The notes: generated from the letters alone by a model not told the origin. A stretch of DNA of 64,000 nt from Octopus bimaculoides (GCF_001194135.2 NC_068991.1:44128944-44192943), one strand, 5' to 3'; positions 1-12,287 are shown, counted from the first letter of the stretch. A program made the numbers and translations.

Positions 1-284
1 GTAATTTATTTTTACTATGTTTGGAAATTCTTCTATTTTTATTATTATTATTCCTATCGCTAGGGCTTTCTTTGTGTGAACTACTATCTGTATGACTATT
101 CTTATTCTGTTCTCTTATCCTATGTTTATTATTATTCGTACTGGTTGTATCTGTACTTTTGTTTATGCTCGACTTATTTTCTATAGCACCATCCAGGGGT
201 TTAGTTCTATATTTTCTAATTCGATTACATGGAGGGTTTATGTTCTTGGTTTGTGCTTTGGGTGTATATATATATATATATATA

Positions 285-530
285 GGGGAAAATTCACAAA
301 AAAAACAGAAGATGAAAACAGGTGGTGTAGACAACAAACAGATGTATTAGTTTAACACTTGGGAAGTGAAAAAGTCTTTAGCGTTTCAAGCCTATGCTCT
401 TCCACAGAAAGGAACACAGAAAGAAACGAGAGAAAATGAAGAATGTGTAGTGGCTAGTGATCTATCATGGCGAATGCCGGACAGAAGAGTCACACAGGAG
501 AGCTAGTGAGTGGACAAACTAAAGAAGGGT
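285..530 (-). mobile_element. Penelope-type terminal-repeat (pLTR) fragment with degenerate hammerhead-like motif
   Basis: Minus strand 374-407 reads CTGTGGA-A-GAGC-atag-GCTT-GAAAC-gctaaagac, resembling CUGANGA/stem II/GAAAC. It is bounded by TA/CA microsatellites. Family assignment is inference. Confidence 0.4.
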
Positions 531-572
531 ACTCAACAAATTTATTGGGAGTTACATGTATGGATCCATACA

Positions 573-614
<42 letters not shown>

Positions 615-685
615 TTCATATATGGGAGAATATACAAATAATAACAACAGACGGGGACAGGTGGTGTAAATAACAAAAGTATACA

Positions 686-789
<104 letters not shown>

Positions 790-1016
790 AAGAGAGAGAG
801 GGGTTATAAGAGGTAATGGTGTCAATAAGACCCAAAGGTGTTAGGTAATGCTGAGTAAGTTCTATGGATAGACCATAGTTAAACTCCAGGTTCTGTGATT
901 ATACGAATAAGGAGTCCAATGTAGGTCATATATCAGCATGTGTATATATAATGTTTTTTTTCAGAATGAGATAAAAAACCAAGGCTGTGAAGATTTAGAA
1001 CATTTATAAATAGAAG

Positions 1017-1064
1017 GTCTTACAGCTGTTTCCAGGATATTTCTTATATCCCTTCATCGGAGAC
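1017..1064 (-). ncRNA. Minimal type I hammerhead ribozyme-like motif (U4C variant)
   Basis: Minus strand GTCT-CCGATGA-a[GGGATAT]aagaa[ATATCCT]g-GAAAC-AGCT-GTA-AGAC. Stem II is intact and stem I is 4 bp. Confidence 0.5.
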
Positions 1065-1109
1065 GGTGTGAGAAAATGGTTAAGCAATAGTCAACCATTT
1101 TCTCACACC

Positions 1110-1157
1110 ATCTCTGATGAAGAGATATAATAAATATCCTGGAAACAGCTGTAAGAC
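1110..1157 (+). ncRNA. Minimal type I hammerhead ribozyme-like motif
   Basis: TCT-CTGATGA(1114-1120)-stem II a[GAGATAT]aataa[ATATCCT]g-GAAAC-AGCT-GTA-AGA. It has a palindromic 2-bp stem III, a GUA cleavage triplet and a TCT/AGA stem I. The stem II base junction is non-canonical. Confidence 0.55.
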
Positions 1158-1239
1158 CTTCTATTTATAAATGTTCTAAATCTTCACAGCCTTGGTTTTT
1201 TATCTCATTCTGAAAAAAATTTATATATATATATATATT

Positions 1240-1337
1240 TCGAGCGTGGCCGTCTTCGTGCGGGTGACACGTAAAAGCACCCACTACACTCTCTGAGTGG
1301 TTGGCGTAAGGAAGGGCATCCAGCTGTAGAAACTCTG
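1240..1337 (+). mobile_element. RTE LINE 3' UTR fragment
   Basis: Near-identical to the reverse complement of about 54370-54490 and similar to the 3' UTR of the RTE at 41024-43530. Confidence 0.8.
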
Positions 1338-1347
1338 CCAAATCAGA

Positions 1348-1367
1348 CTGGAGCCTGNNNNNNNNNN

Positions 1368-1398
<31 letters not shown>

Positions 1399-1430
1399 GG
1401 ATGGATGGATGGACGGACGGACGAGCAGGT

Positions 1431-1481
<51 letters not shown>

Positions 1482-1552
1482 TAGATAGATAGATAGATAG
1501 ATAGATGGAAAGATGGATGAATGGATGGATGGACGGACGGACGGGCAGACAG
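1348..1552. repeat. Compound tetranucleotide microsatellite (GATA/GATG/GACG/GACA)
   Basis: Directly visible blocks of 4-mers. Confidence 0.95.
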
Positions 1553-1663
1553 ACAGAAATTTATATTTATGCATGTCCCTGCATTTTATATATTTGTATA
1601 CATATGCATATATAATAATGATAGAGACATATGAGTGTGTGGTTTTATGTTTCAAATATATGT

Positions 1664-1736
<73 letters not shown>

Positions 1737-2149
1737 NNNNNNNNNNCATGCACACACACATATATAACACACTTTATTGAAACACACACACACATACATA
1801 ATACACTTAATTGAAATAAAAACGTTTCCTCAAAATTAAGCATATAGCAACTCACACACATACATACAATTCACCATACTCTTAAACAACAACATACATA
1901 CTCTTACACACACACACAAATATTTTACTCAAACATGCCCATAAACACTCCCAAACATTCACATACACCAGGCACATAGTCAGCCGATTGTAACTGGGGT
2001 AGGGTCTATCTTGATAGTTGGTGGTGCTGAACAGAACTCTAAAAACTGTACTGTTTATAAAATTTGATTATGTTTTTCAAGAAAATTTACAACACAAAAT
2101 AATAAAATCAGGTCACATTTATTTGATACAACGCAATGCAACACAATGC

Positions 2150-2620
2150 AAAAAATTTAAGAAAATCATCCTTGTCTATTATTTATTTGTATTTACAAAG
2201 CAAAGTTTGATTTTTGCAGGTGCTTCATATTACATTGAAAGGGAGTCATAATTCAAGTTAGCATCGAAAACAATGACTCGCATGTGACTGTACTGGACCC
2301 AAATGAGAAGAAGTGTCAAAGTACCAATAAGGAAAACAAAACAAAGCTTTCTTTGAAAGAGAATATTCTAACCATGGACAGCTGGTATGGACAGCTTGAC
2401 GAGAAGTCATGTTTCTGATTTCCATTAATCCTTGGATAAAACTTTGCTAGAACTGGCTGTAGTGGTTGGCTGTTAACCTGTCCTAGATAATCTAATGAGG
2501 GTGTCAAAGACTCTGCAAAACTAATATTACCTTCCTGCGAAACTTCTTCATTTGCAACTCGTGGATCTTTGTGGTTTTCATCACTGTTTACAATTTTGTT
2601 CCAGTTGTTTTCAAATTTGA
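2150..2620 (-). pseudogene. hAT transposase relic (TTF-type zinc finger / ZMYM1-like N-terminus)
   Basis: Minus strand gives QPVLAKFYPRINGNQKHDF, then after a frameshift PWLEYSLSKKALFCFPY, matching the QP..YP...RxF..W..PWLEYS...FCFxC pattern. A possible hAT end CAGGGGTTGTAAAT lies at about 3428-3441 (minus). Confidence 0.6.
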
Positions 2621-2775
2621 TATATGAGTTAAGTTTTGTATACTAATTATGAAAATGAAATTCATTTTTCCTATAAATCCATAATTAAAAAGTTATTAGC
2701 CTTTAAAATTTGCAAAATTTGGGTATTTTAGCCAATCAGAAGTGAGTATTTTACACATCACTGTGGCGAAGAACT

Positions 2776-2789
2776 GTTTCCATAGTAAC
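2776..2789 (+). promoter_or_regulatory. RFX X-box-like motif GTTTCCATAGTAAC (copy 1)
   Basis: Exact match to GTTNCCATRGNAAC. It lies in a repeated context, so function is unproven. Confidence 0.25.
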
Positions 2790-3037
2790 CAAAGATGCTG
2801 CTCATGCACACAAGGAGTGTAGCCACCAAATTGAGTGTAATCAACAAATTGAGAGTACCAGGGCATCTTTAAAGCGTGGAGACAAACACCAGTGTGGGAC
2901 ACCCTGTTCCACAGTTACACTTGTCTTTGTGAATTTATGTGGAGGAGATATGAGAAAGATAATCGATTTTATAAAATTCTAGAGTAATTCAAACTTTCGT
3001 TCTTGAGTTTTTCAACTAATAAATGTCTGTTTTAAGA

Positions 3038-3225
3038 AATGTTTTGGCTGTTATTTCTAGCAACTCCTGTTGGTTTGCTTGTAGCTTTTAAATATTTAAT
3101 TTGCTTGCAAATATTTTAACGTTAACTTTGCTTGTGTATATTTTAATGTTTTGACTGTTATTTCTAGCCACTCCTGTAGGTTTGTTCGTAGCTTTTAGAT
3201 ATTTAATTTGCTCGCAAATGTTTTC
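3038..3225. repeat. Direct duplication, about 80-bp unit, 107-bp period
   Basis: aatgttttggctgttatttctagcaactcctg... at 3038 recurs as aatgttttgactgttatttctagccactcctg... at 3145. Confidence 0.85.
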
Positions 3226-3569
3226 ATGTTTTTCACGGTTTACTTTAGCTAGTTTAATGCTTTGATACGCTGATGGTATCTAAATCGAAGCTAACACTCC
3301 AAAACATATGGTGTTTTTACATTCAGCAAAATAATTGTCAATTAATTGCAATAATTGATTGGCCTGCATCTCAATTAAAATTCATTGATTGCTAGGAAAA
3401 TAATTGATTGGAAAGGTTCCAATCAATTATTTACAACCCCTGGTAATGATACACTTTTATAGGCTAATCATTTACGCTATAAATCAATAAATAAATAGTT
3501 AGTAGCAATTAAAGTTTGAAAATTTTGGGTAATTTTAACCAAGTGTAAGCCACAAACACATCCATGCCT

Positions 3570-3583
3570 GTTTCCATAGTAAC
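3570..3583 (+). promoter_or_regulatory. RFX X-box-like motif GTTTCCATAGTAAC (copy 2)
   Basis: Identical 14-mer to copy 1 within a diverged repeat. Confidence 0.25.
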
Positions 3584-4921
3584 AAGCCAAACACGAGAAC
3601 TCTTTCATCAGTGAGAAAGCACATGTGTTGACAAATATTCTACACGATGCCACATGCGTTGACATTGTGTTCGGATGCTTGTGCCCTGGGCGTGAGATGT
3701 GCTAAAAATAACAGCTAAATATGCCTTAAATACATTAATTTTTTTTTTTTGCATAAGTGTATGAATTCCTGTGTGTAGAGTACAAATTCGCAAAACTTTT
3801 CTGAAAATTCCAAATTTTAAAAAAGTTATGAGTTGTTATATGTCATACATTAAGTAGAATTTGATTTGTTTACAGTTTCATATAAAAACACGTGCTATTT
3901 TCAGAATATTGATAACACATGCAGTCACGCACAAAATGACAGGTTCTAAGTCCTGTTTCCTGATTGCTTGAAAATGATCAAACTTTAAACCTCCATAACT
4001 TTNNNNNNNNNNNNNNNNNNNNNNNNNNNNNNNNNNNNNNNNNNNNNNNNNNNNNNNNNNNNNNNNNNNNNNNNNNNNNNNNNNNNNNNNNNNNNNNNNN
4101 NNNNNNNNNNNNNNNNNNNNNNNNNNNNNNNNNNNNNNNNNNNNNNNNNNNNNNNNNNNNNNNNNNNNNNNNNNNNNNNNNNNNNNNNNNNNNNNNNNNN
4201 NNNNNNNNNNNNNNNNNNNNNNNNNNNNNNNNNNNNNNNNNNNNNNNNNNNNNNNNNNNNNNNNNNNNNNNNNNNNNNNNNNNNNNNNNNNNNNNNNNNN
4301 NNNNNNNNNNNNNNNNNNNNNNNNNNNNNNNNNNNNNNNNNNNNNNNNNNNNNNNNNNNNNNNNNNNNNNNNNNNNNNNNNNNNNNNNNNNNNNNNNNNN
4401 NNNNNNNNNNNNNNNNNNNNNNNNNNNNNNNNNNNNNNNNNNNNNNNNNNNNNNNNNNNNNNNNNNNNNNNNNNNNNNNNNNNNNNNNNNNNNNNNNNNN
4501 NNNNNNNNNNNNNNNNNNNNNNNNNNNNNNNNNNNNNNNNNNNNNNNNNNNNNNNNNNNNNNNNNNNNNNNNNNNNNNNNNNNNNNNNNNNNNNNNNNNN
4601 NNNNNNNNNNNNNNNNNNNNNNNNNNNNNNNNNNNNNNNNNNNNNNNNNNNNNNNNNNNNNNNNNNNNNNNNNNNNNNNNNNNNNNNNNNNNNNNNNNNN
4701 NNNNNNNNNNNNNNNNNNNNNNNNNNNNNNNNNNNNNNNNNNNNNNNNNNNNNNNNNNNNNNNNNNNNNNNNNNNNNNNNNNNNNNNNNNNNNNNNNNNN
4801 NNNNNNNNNNNNNNNNNNNNNNNNNNNNNNNNNNNNNNNNNNNNNNNNNNNNNNNNNNNNNNNNNNNNNNNNNNNNNNNNNNNNATACATGTGTGTGTGT
4901 GTGTGTGTGTATGTATATATA

Positions 4922-4964
<43 letters not shown>

Positions 4965-5385
4965 TATATTTAAAAAGAGAATTTAGGTTCAACAATTTAG
5001 AATAGTAAGGCAACGTATACTCAGCTGTAAAACTGGTGTATGCAGATTATTAAAATATATTTAATGTATTACTCATTAATAATTTGAATACACCGGTTTT
5101 ATGATTACGTATATGTTGCATTATTATTCTAAATTGTTGAACCTACCTGAATTCTCCTTTTAAATATAATATATATATCTAACATCTCAGGTTCTCTACC
5201 TGAGCACTTCACAGCGCTGTCTATATAATAAACAAAAATGTAACTATATGCATATGTATGTATGTGTATATATGCACACACACAAATATGTGTACCTGGA
5301 AGATCTTTGTTGCCAGAGAAAAAGGAGTCAATGTTTCTAGACACACCCGCATACATAAATCTGTCTCCGGTTTATTTCTCCATAG

Positions 5386-5427
5386 GGAATTAAGATGGTA
5401 TTGCTTTCAGTACAGACCAGTTCAATA
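5386..5427 (+). CDS. Candidate internal exon (ELRWYCFQYRPVQ)
   Basis: Acceptor tttatttctccatag|G and donor ATA|gtaagc. It splices in frame to 5530-5575. No homolog recognised. Confidence 0.3.
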
Positions 5428-5529
5428 GTAAGCGTGCACACACACAGATGCATGCACTCACACATTTGTAATTACCAACATACTTTCACATACCACTAAA
5501 TCAAAAGAAATAATCTATTGCCTTTTTAG

Positions 5530-5575
5530 TGACATCAGATCTTATGAAGATGATGCAAGCCACTCATTGTCCTAA
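5530..5575 (+). CDS. Candidate terminal exon (Y-DIRSYEDDASHSLS*)
   Basis: Acceptor tattgcctttttag|T. Phase-compatible with 5386-5427 across a 102-bp intron. Confidence 0.25.
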
Positions 5576-6569
5576 CATGTCTAAAATTTGATAAAATTGT
5601 CCATAAAAGGGATATGAAGAAGTTTTTTTTTTTTGTTAAAAGTATTGTTTTCAACTGTCTACCAACACTGCAGGCTGAGGCATTTTGTATATACTGCATT
5701 CTTCCAAGAAATATCACAGTATAGGATGTGGCTTCCTTGAGTGTGGGACCCTCTTGGGCACAGGGCCCAATTAGGAGTAATCGGTCCAATTGGCTTAAGA
5801 CCAGCCTTGTTCATTAATTTGTAGTGTTCAACTTCGTCTTGTGGATTAGCTTGAACAGAAATAGGACCTGGCCTACATATCCAGAAAAAGAGACATAAGT
5901 CTTCAGTGGTGTCTTAATAACCTAAAGCATGATAGAACTTACATAAGTCAAGTCACAAAAAGATGCACATGTATATTTGTCAATAGACCAGGTATATTAA
6001 TCAAAGTATACAGTATTACAGATCCAGATTTTCCAAGCCATTATTCATAATCATCAGCATTTCACATCAGCTTTTCCAAACTAGCATGAGCTGGATGGAT
6101 TTTTTGAAGCAGTGTTTTACACTAGATACTCTTCCTGTCTTAAATTTTAGTCACCTTTTGCGAAAAGCACGGATGTGTTCTACCTATTCTAAAATCAAGA
6201 TACATGTAATAAATTTTCAAAAATGTTAACCTGAAAATAATACCAAAGTACAAAAGTAGAGCTGAAACAGAATCTAGAAGAATCTTGATAGAATTGAAAG
6301 CAGACCAGAATTTCTTGTGAGATGAAGCAGGTAATGAAACATGAGGGCTTTTTTCTTTTTTTTTTCTTTTGGTTATCTATTTTTAGTATGATCCAGAGAC
6401 AAAATGACAAACCCAAAAATAACACTGAGATTCAAACTTAAAACATTAAATAAGATATGATGAAACAATTTTTCTTTTCCTTCAGTTGAAGAATTGTCTG
6501 ACACCACTGACATCATGTGTGTGTAAATCTATGTGTATGTGCATGTGTATACCTACATTTATATTCATG

Positions 6570-6609
<40 letters not shown>

Positions 6610-6636
6610 AATATATATGTGCATATATATATGTGC

Positions 6637-6701
<65 letters not shown>

Positions 6702-7333
6702 CTGAATTCATACTTAGATATGTATGCATATATATTTATGCAAATACATATGCACATATATACACACACAGACACACACAAACAGCAAATAATTCGAATC
6801 AATAGATGCTAACAGGATATTTTGTCTGGAAACTATGACAGGGTGTGGGGACCACTTCCTCAGAGGTTTGGAGAAAGGGATTTTAAGTAAAAAGGAAAGA
6901 AAGAAAGAAAGAACAAAAGAAAATAAAAGACAAAGAGAGAACGAAGAAAGAAAATAGATTGGGTAATTTAAGAATGATGGGAATGGAAGCAAATGGAAAG
7001 AGAAACATTATTTCACCTGAAACTGAGACGGAAATAGTTACTGATGTATATCTGATCTAACACAAGTGTATAATCAGTGTTACATGGCTGACAAGCTTGT
7101 TGAGCAAAAGATGTGGTTAGATTTTTCATAGTTTTCTTTAACATACACATATACATCTACTTAGGTATATGTAAATATAATTTTTGACATACAAATAAGA
7201 GAAAAAGTACTCAGTACATATAGCAGAGTTTACTTCTTGGCCTGAATCTGATGATTTCCTTCATTAGTGTGCTATGTAGAATTATCATATATAGCTACAA
7301 TGCTATGAGTGATAATTCAAACAACAAAAAATG

Positions 7334-7374
<41 letters not shown>

Positions 7375-7734
7375 ATATATTTATAATTATAAGCTTTAAG
7401 CTTACAAGCATTCACCTTGTATTGACTGAAGAAAATAGTCTAATATTGGAGCATATAAACCCCACCTTGATGGGAAAAAAACCCGAACCCACTTGTGGGA
7501 AATGAACCTATACTTCTTATATTTGCAATAAGTATACGAACTGATTTCACCAACCTACCCGCCAACTTTTTCCTGTAAGATTTAAGAACTATAACTTCAT
7601 AGTGTTGTGTAAACAAACATGTTCACACTCTGCCTTAAATGAAGAAATGGAGATGAGTGAAAATTCTGTTAATAATAATAACAGTTAAAAACAACACAGC
7701 GCCCATGATTTTAGCTGCTTAGATAATGTTGTAT

Positions 7735-8300
7735 TTCAGATATCCAACCCCAAACAAGAAACACCTGCACCCTAACTTCCAGAATGTCACTTCAGAAATA
7801 TTCCATTCTGTACACTTAGCACCAGGTGCCATAAAAAAGCTATTGTGTAGAGAGTAAGGACAACTACAGCAGATGTCATGAAGAGGAACTATATTGGCTC
7901 ACAGAAAATACATTTAAAACCAGATACACACAGTATATTCACTCCTTTAGAACAAGCGACAGAATCAACTACACTGCTCTGCCCTAATATATCTGAAAAA
8001 GTAGAGAAATTATGAAAATTACTGAATCTGGATAATTATCAAAACTTTTACCCCATATATATAAGGATCAAAGAGATGCAACCTTTGCTAGGAAGAGAAT
8101 CATAATATTTTGACTTAACATTTCAATATGTTAAGCAAGAACTCTGTTCATATCAAAATAAGATTCTCATGCAAACTTAGTAATCATCCCCACTCTCAAC
8201 TTCACATATCATTGGATAAAGAAACCTGACAGCATCACACAGTAGCAATACAATCTTTAAGAAAAAGAAAAACAATTTATACAAAATGCAGCCCTTTGGG
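7735..8300 (+). pseudogene. Highly decayed Penelope-like RT thumb / GIY-YIG relic
   Basis: Fragments such as CHEEELYWLTENTFKTRY and NISEKVEKL resemble the Penelope C..EEL..L...F..NGY and LPY...SE motifs. Many frameshifts. Confidence 0.3.
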
Positions 8301-8633
8301 TGGCCACATGTTGCCACAAAATGTCAGATGAAAACTATTTACATCACAAGTCAAAAATACTGTAAATACAACCACATTCATGCCATCTAGCTTCACAATA
8401 CAGTTTAATGCTACGTTAGAAGTCACTACTAACACCAATTAACCTTCCACTTTGAACTACTAATAAAAAACAAAGCCATTCACAAAAAATAAATGATTAA
8501 CAGTTATGCAATTTAGAAATTTGCCAAGTCAAAAACCAAGGGATGATACTGAAAAAATTTCATTTTAATGAGAAAAGATGCACTTTGAGGTTACCAGCTT
8601 CAAATACTACTTGGCAGTTACCCACCTTAAGAC

Positions 8634-8847
8634 CAGTGTCTCTAATTTTTTGCTGTGGATGTATGCAAAAATTTGCTTGTGTATAAATTTTGACTTTTTG
8701 CATAGTATGTGAACATCTGTGTGAGTAACTAAAATTTCTTCAATCAAAAGAATGCAATTTTGTCTTGAAAACTTTATGTGTCCATAATTTTACTTTCTTT
8801 GTTGTAAAATTATGCACACACATTAGCACACAGCTTAGAGAGAACAG
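8634..8847. mobile_element. Possible hAT-type MITE
   Basis: Imperfect termini cagtgtctctaa ... ttagagagaacag. Confidence 0.3.
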
Positions 8848-9523
8848 TTCATGATTAATAGTGAAGAAAAATGCCTGCTGTAGAAGATAAGGTGCATGCA
8901 AGCACAATTGTCCATTAGTTTTCAGTCTACGTTAAATGACTATCACAGTTAAATAGATCCAGGAACCACTAACATACACCCAAATTGGAATGGGACTCCA
9001 CATGTTGTTCTACTTCTCTTTCATTGCACATTTAATTCTAGTAACCTAAATGTGTAGGATTTATGAAACAAGCCCAAGAAAGTAGCAGAATGGCTTCAAC
9101 TTGAATTACAACACTGAACTTCTTGTAGAACAACTATGACAACAATATTGTAGTGACAATGTTGTAATGAGAGGAAGAAAGTGGTAGAAGATGAGAAACT
9201 AATTATCTCTGTTCACAATTAGGGAACTTAACATACTTATTTGAGCTGCTAGAAATGACAGCCAAATTTCTCTCAGATCACATCTTATCTTCTTAAAATG
9301 GAAAAAAGGATACATTAGACAGTCTCTTTCATGCAAAAAATGGGAAGGCCACAGTTGGAATTCTATTGATCCTAGTTCTACTTGTTCAAGTCTGATGTAG
9401 AACGTATCAACAACAAAAAGTTTCTTTGTTCTGTACAAAATGCAAACTGGATTAAGTATGAATAAAAAGTTTGACTCTGCAAAGTAGCATTGGATATGTA
9501 GAGCATTTAAATGTGCAACTTAC

Positions 9524-9639
9524 ATGAAGCACTGAGCACAAGTGAATTGAAAAAGCAGACAAATATAAGACATATAACAAAAAGGCTGACATATAATAAG
9601 TGCAGACTGTGGAAGGTATTCGTGGCAGAAACAAACCAT
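9524..9639 (-). CDS. Candidate 116-bp exon, frame unresolved
   Basis: Acceptor gttttttcatatcag| and donor CAT|gtaagt. All three frames are open. No homolog recognised. Confidence 0.2.
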
Positions 9640-10415
9640 CTGATATGAAAAAACTGAGCTTCAAAGATAAGACAGGATTTTTTTTCTAATATTGGTACAA
9701 GGCTTGAAATCTGGGTGAGTGAGTAATCAATTACATCGAACCCAATGCTCAACTCCAAAGAATGAAAGGCAAAGTAGACCTCAGTTGGATTTGAACTTAG
9801 ATATAAGATACAAAAGTAAGAAGAATTATGATATACTGTACATCAAATTGTCCAAACAATGCTAGCAATGGAAATAGTGGTGATGGTGGTGGCTGCAGTA
9901 TCAATATCAGTGACACAAACAAAAACAATACCATTTTGATTTGTTAATGGTTACTCATGCCAAATACAGAGTAGGGGAAAATGCCTTACTTCTCAAAAGG
10001 AATTTTCACTTTTGCTGGTGCCCTGGTAAATGCATCTAACAAGCAACACCATAAGAAAATGAAGATAGGTAGTAGCAAAAACCACAACAAGAACCTCAAA
10101 ATAGGGAAGTAAAAACAAATCTATGTGAAAAATTACAACATTGAAAATCTATGCAACCTATACAAGCATGAAAAGACTGATGTGAAAATAGAAAATAATA
10201 TATGTATACATACAGAGTATCTCGTAATGATAGGATTATTTTATTTGTAATTTACAAGATTGTGGATACTTGACCATGCTTATTCCAGCCCTCGTTACTT
10301 GCTTTTAAAATGTGTCCGACATTATATTCTGAGCTGAGTTCAAGATTTTTGGATATGGTGAAGGAATTGAGAAACCAATGCCAGTACACACCCACCAATC
10401 AGTCAGCTTAAAGAG

Positions 10416-10476
10416 CAGAGCTAAGATCTTTGGCAAGGTTGTCTGAAAGACAACCTTGCCACAGATCTTAGTTCTG
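10416..10476. repeat. 61-nt near-perfect hairpin (29-bp stem, GAA loop)
   Basis: cagagctaagatctttggcaaggttgtct-gaa-agacaaccttgccacagatcttagttctg, with one G-U pair and one mismatch. Confidence 0.9.
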
Positions 10477-10654
10477 GTGTTTCTTTGCCAATTCAACAAT
10501 GATGTTATTAATCACTATTTATAAATTGACTTTTCACATTCAGATATATCAATAAATTAAGATAATTAGTTACTTTAGAGTTTAAGACAAATTGACAAAG
10601 CCTGTTGGCATTCTCTGCAACATACACAAACATACTTCATTTGGTTGAGCCAAT

Positions 10655-10840
10655 GAAGGAGCCTCTACATGATAGTTCAACCTGATAGAAATAATAGCTA
10701 ACTCCCTTAAATCACTCCTTAATGTCTTAAATATAGAATAACAAATTGCTTAATGTGATTCTGGTTGCACACTTCCTGCTAATAAGACAAGATGACCATG
10801 GTCTGAATGCCATTAATCATAGATAACAACAGCCATATTT
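10655..10840 (+). mobile_element. Abundant short interspersed repeat (ctgctagaaatagcagccaaatctccctcaaatcac family)
   Basis: Diverged copies also at about 9240, 30360, 30660, 32420(-), 38180(-), 57050, 59320, 61030 and 62490. Confidence 0.65.
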
Positions 10841-10899
10841 GGTAAAGACAGACTTTCTTGCAAATTAAATCTTTTGTGACATTTATGAGAAAAGACTAT

Positions 10900-12215
10900 G
10901 CCCATGGAATTTGTAGACTCTCCAAGATGTGAGATCAACGTAGTTAATGTTCCTTTTGAACAGTTTCATATCAATAGGTGCAACAAAAATATGGTCAAAG
11001 AGAAAATTTCAAAGGGGTGATGTTCTAGGAGGAATATCTGGGTGAACTGAAATGTATGAAGTCAGTGGGGACAGAATGGTGGGTAGAATATGGATGATGA
11101 GTGATAGAAGGGATGAGTTAATCTGAAGTGCCTGAGTGGAGATGACATAAGATGAGCCAGAAACAAGGAACAGAGGCTACTGTAGTAAATGGTGAAATTG
11201 GTGGAGAGAGGACACAGCACATCTATTGGCCAGAGATTGGAATATATTAGGGAGCAACTTCATACCTCTTTACAATGTTGTTTAGGATGTCTGGATGTGT
11301 GGCAGTAGTATTGTCCATGATATGGAACAATACTCCATTCTAGGTTCCACATGAGCTTTATAGAGAGTTTGTAGTTTTAGCAATTGTTAGCATGAGAGTG
11401 TAGATTTCGCTGTATTGAGGATGTGGTTTTGTCACACGATTGCAGGTGAGTCATAACATTCATTGTGACCTTCAAGGGCCTAGATGCACACTGTTTGTGT
11501 TCAGAGGAATTGGCAGCATTAATGTTTTTTCCTATGTTTAGTGATTATACTTTGGTGCCATTGAAGAAAACAAGATTAGTATAACCTTTAATAGAAAAAG
11601 GTTTTAAGGTTGCTGTTCATGGTTTAGTGTAGTCTTGGTATGAGATATCGCAGTTCATGTGACTAATGCTTGGGTGCAGAAGGTCAGGGAGGAATAAAGG
11701 GTGGTATTATTTGCATAGGAGTGAACATTGTAGGAGTTAATGGAATATAAGTCATTGATGTATGAGAGGAAGAATGTGGGGAACAGAACCAAACTCTGAA
11801 GAATACAACAGTTGATAAAGTGTGGGTCAGAGAAAGCTCCATCAGCTATGCTCTGAAAGTGTAATCTGGCAGGAATCCATCAATCCATGAGACAAGAGAA
11901 ATATGAAGCTCATAGGTGGGCAGTTTTTCCAGGAGATTAGCATGGTGGACACAGCTGAAAGCTTTGTTGATATCAAAAACAACACCACTGGTTTTGCCAA
12001 ATCTCTCAAGTACATGAACCCAGTTGAGAATGACATTGGAAAGTAAATTTTCAGTAGATATGACTTTATGAAACCCTTATTGGTGGTCATTAAGGAGGCA
12101 GAATAATTTGACATGTTGGAGATGAGAAATTGTACTAATTGTTTTATGTTTTGAAATGAGTACAATAGGAAGGTAATTGGCATGGTTAGTTAACTTTCTA
12201 AGATTATGATAAATT

Positions 12216-12287
<72 letters not shown>

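Larger units (their letters stand above)
955..1219. repeat. Long inverted repeat: 127-bp arms (955-1081 / 1093-1219), 11-nt spacer
   Basis: Arms are reverse complements with 4 differences (pairs 1064/1110, 1059/1115, 1051/1123, 1043/1131). TA runs lie on both outer sides. Confidence 0.95.

Noticed and set aside
1-264. Stop-free N/K/S-rich frame on the minus strand
   Set aside because: No start, splice sites or recognisable domain. It may be a transposon linker, but this is unsupported.
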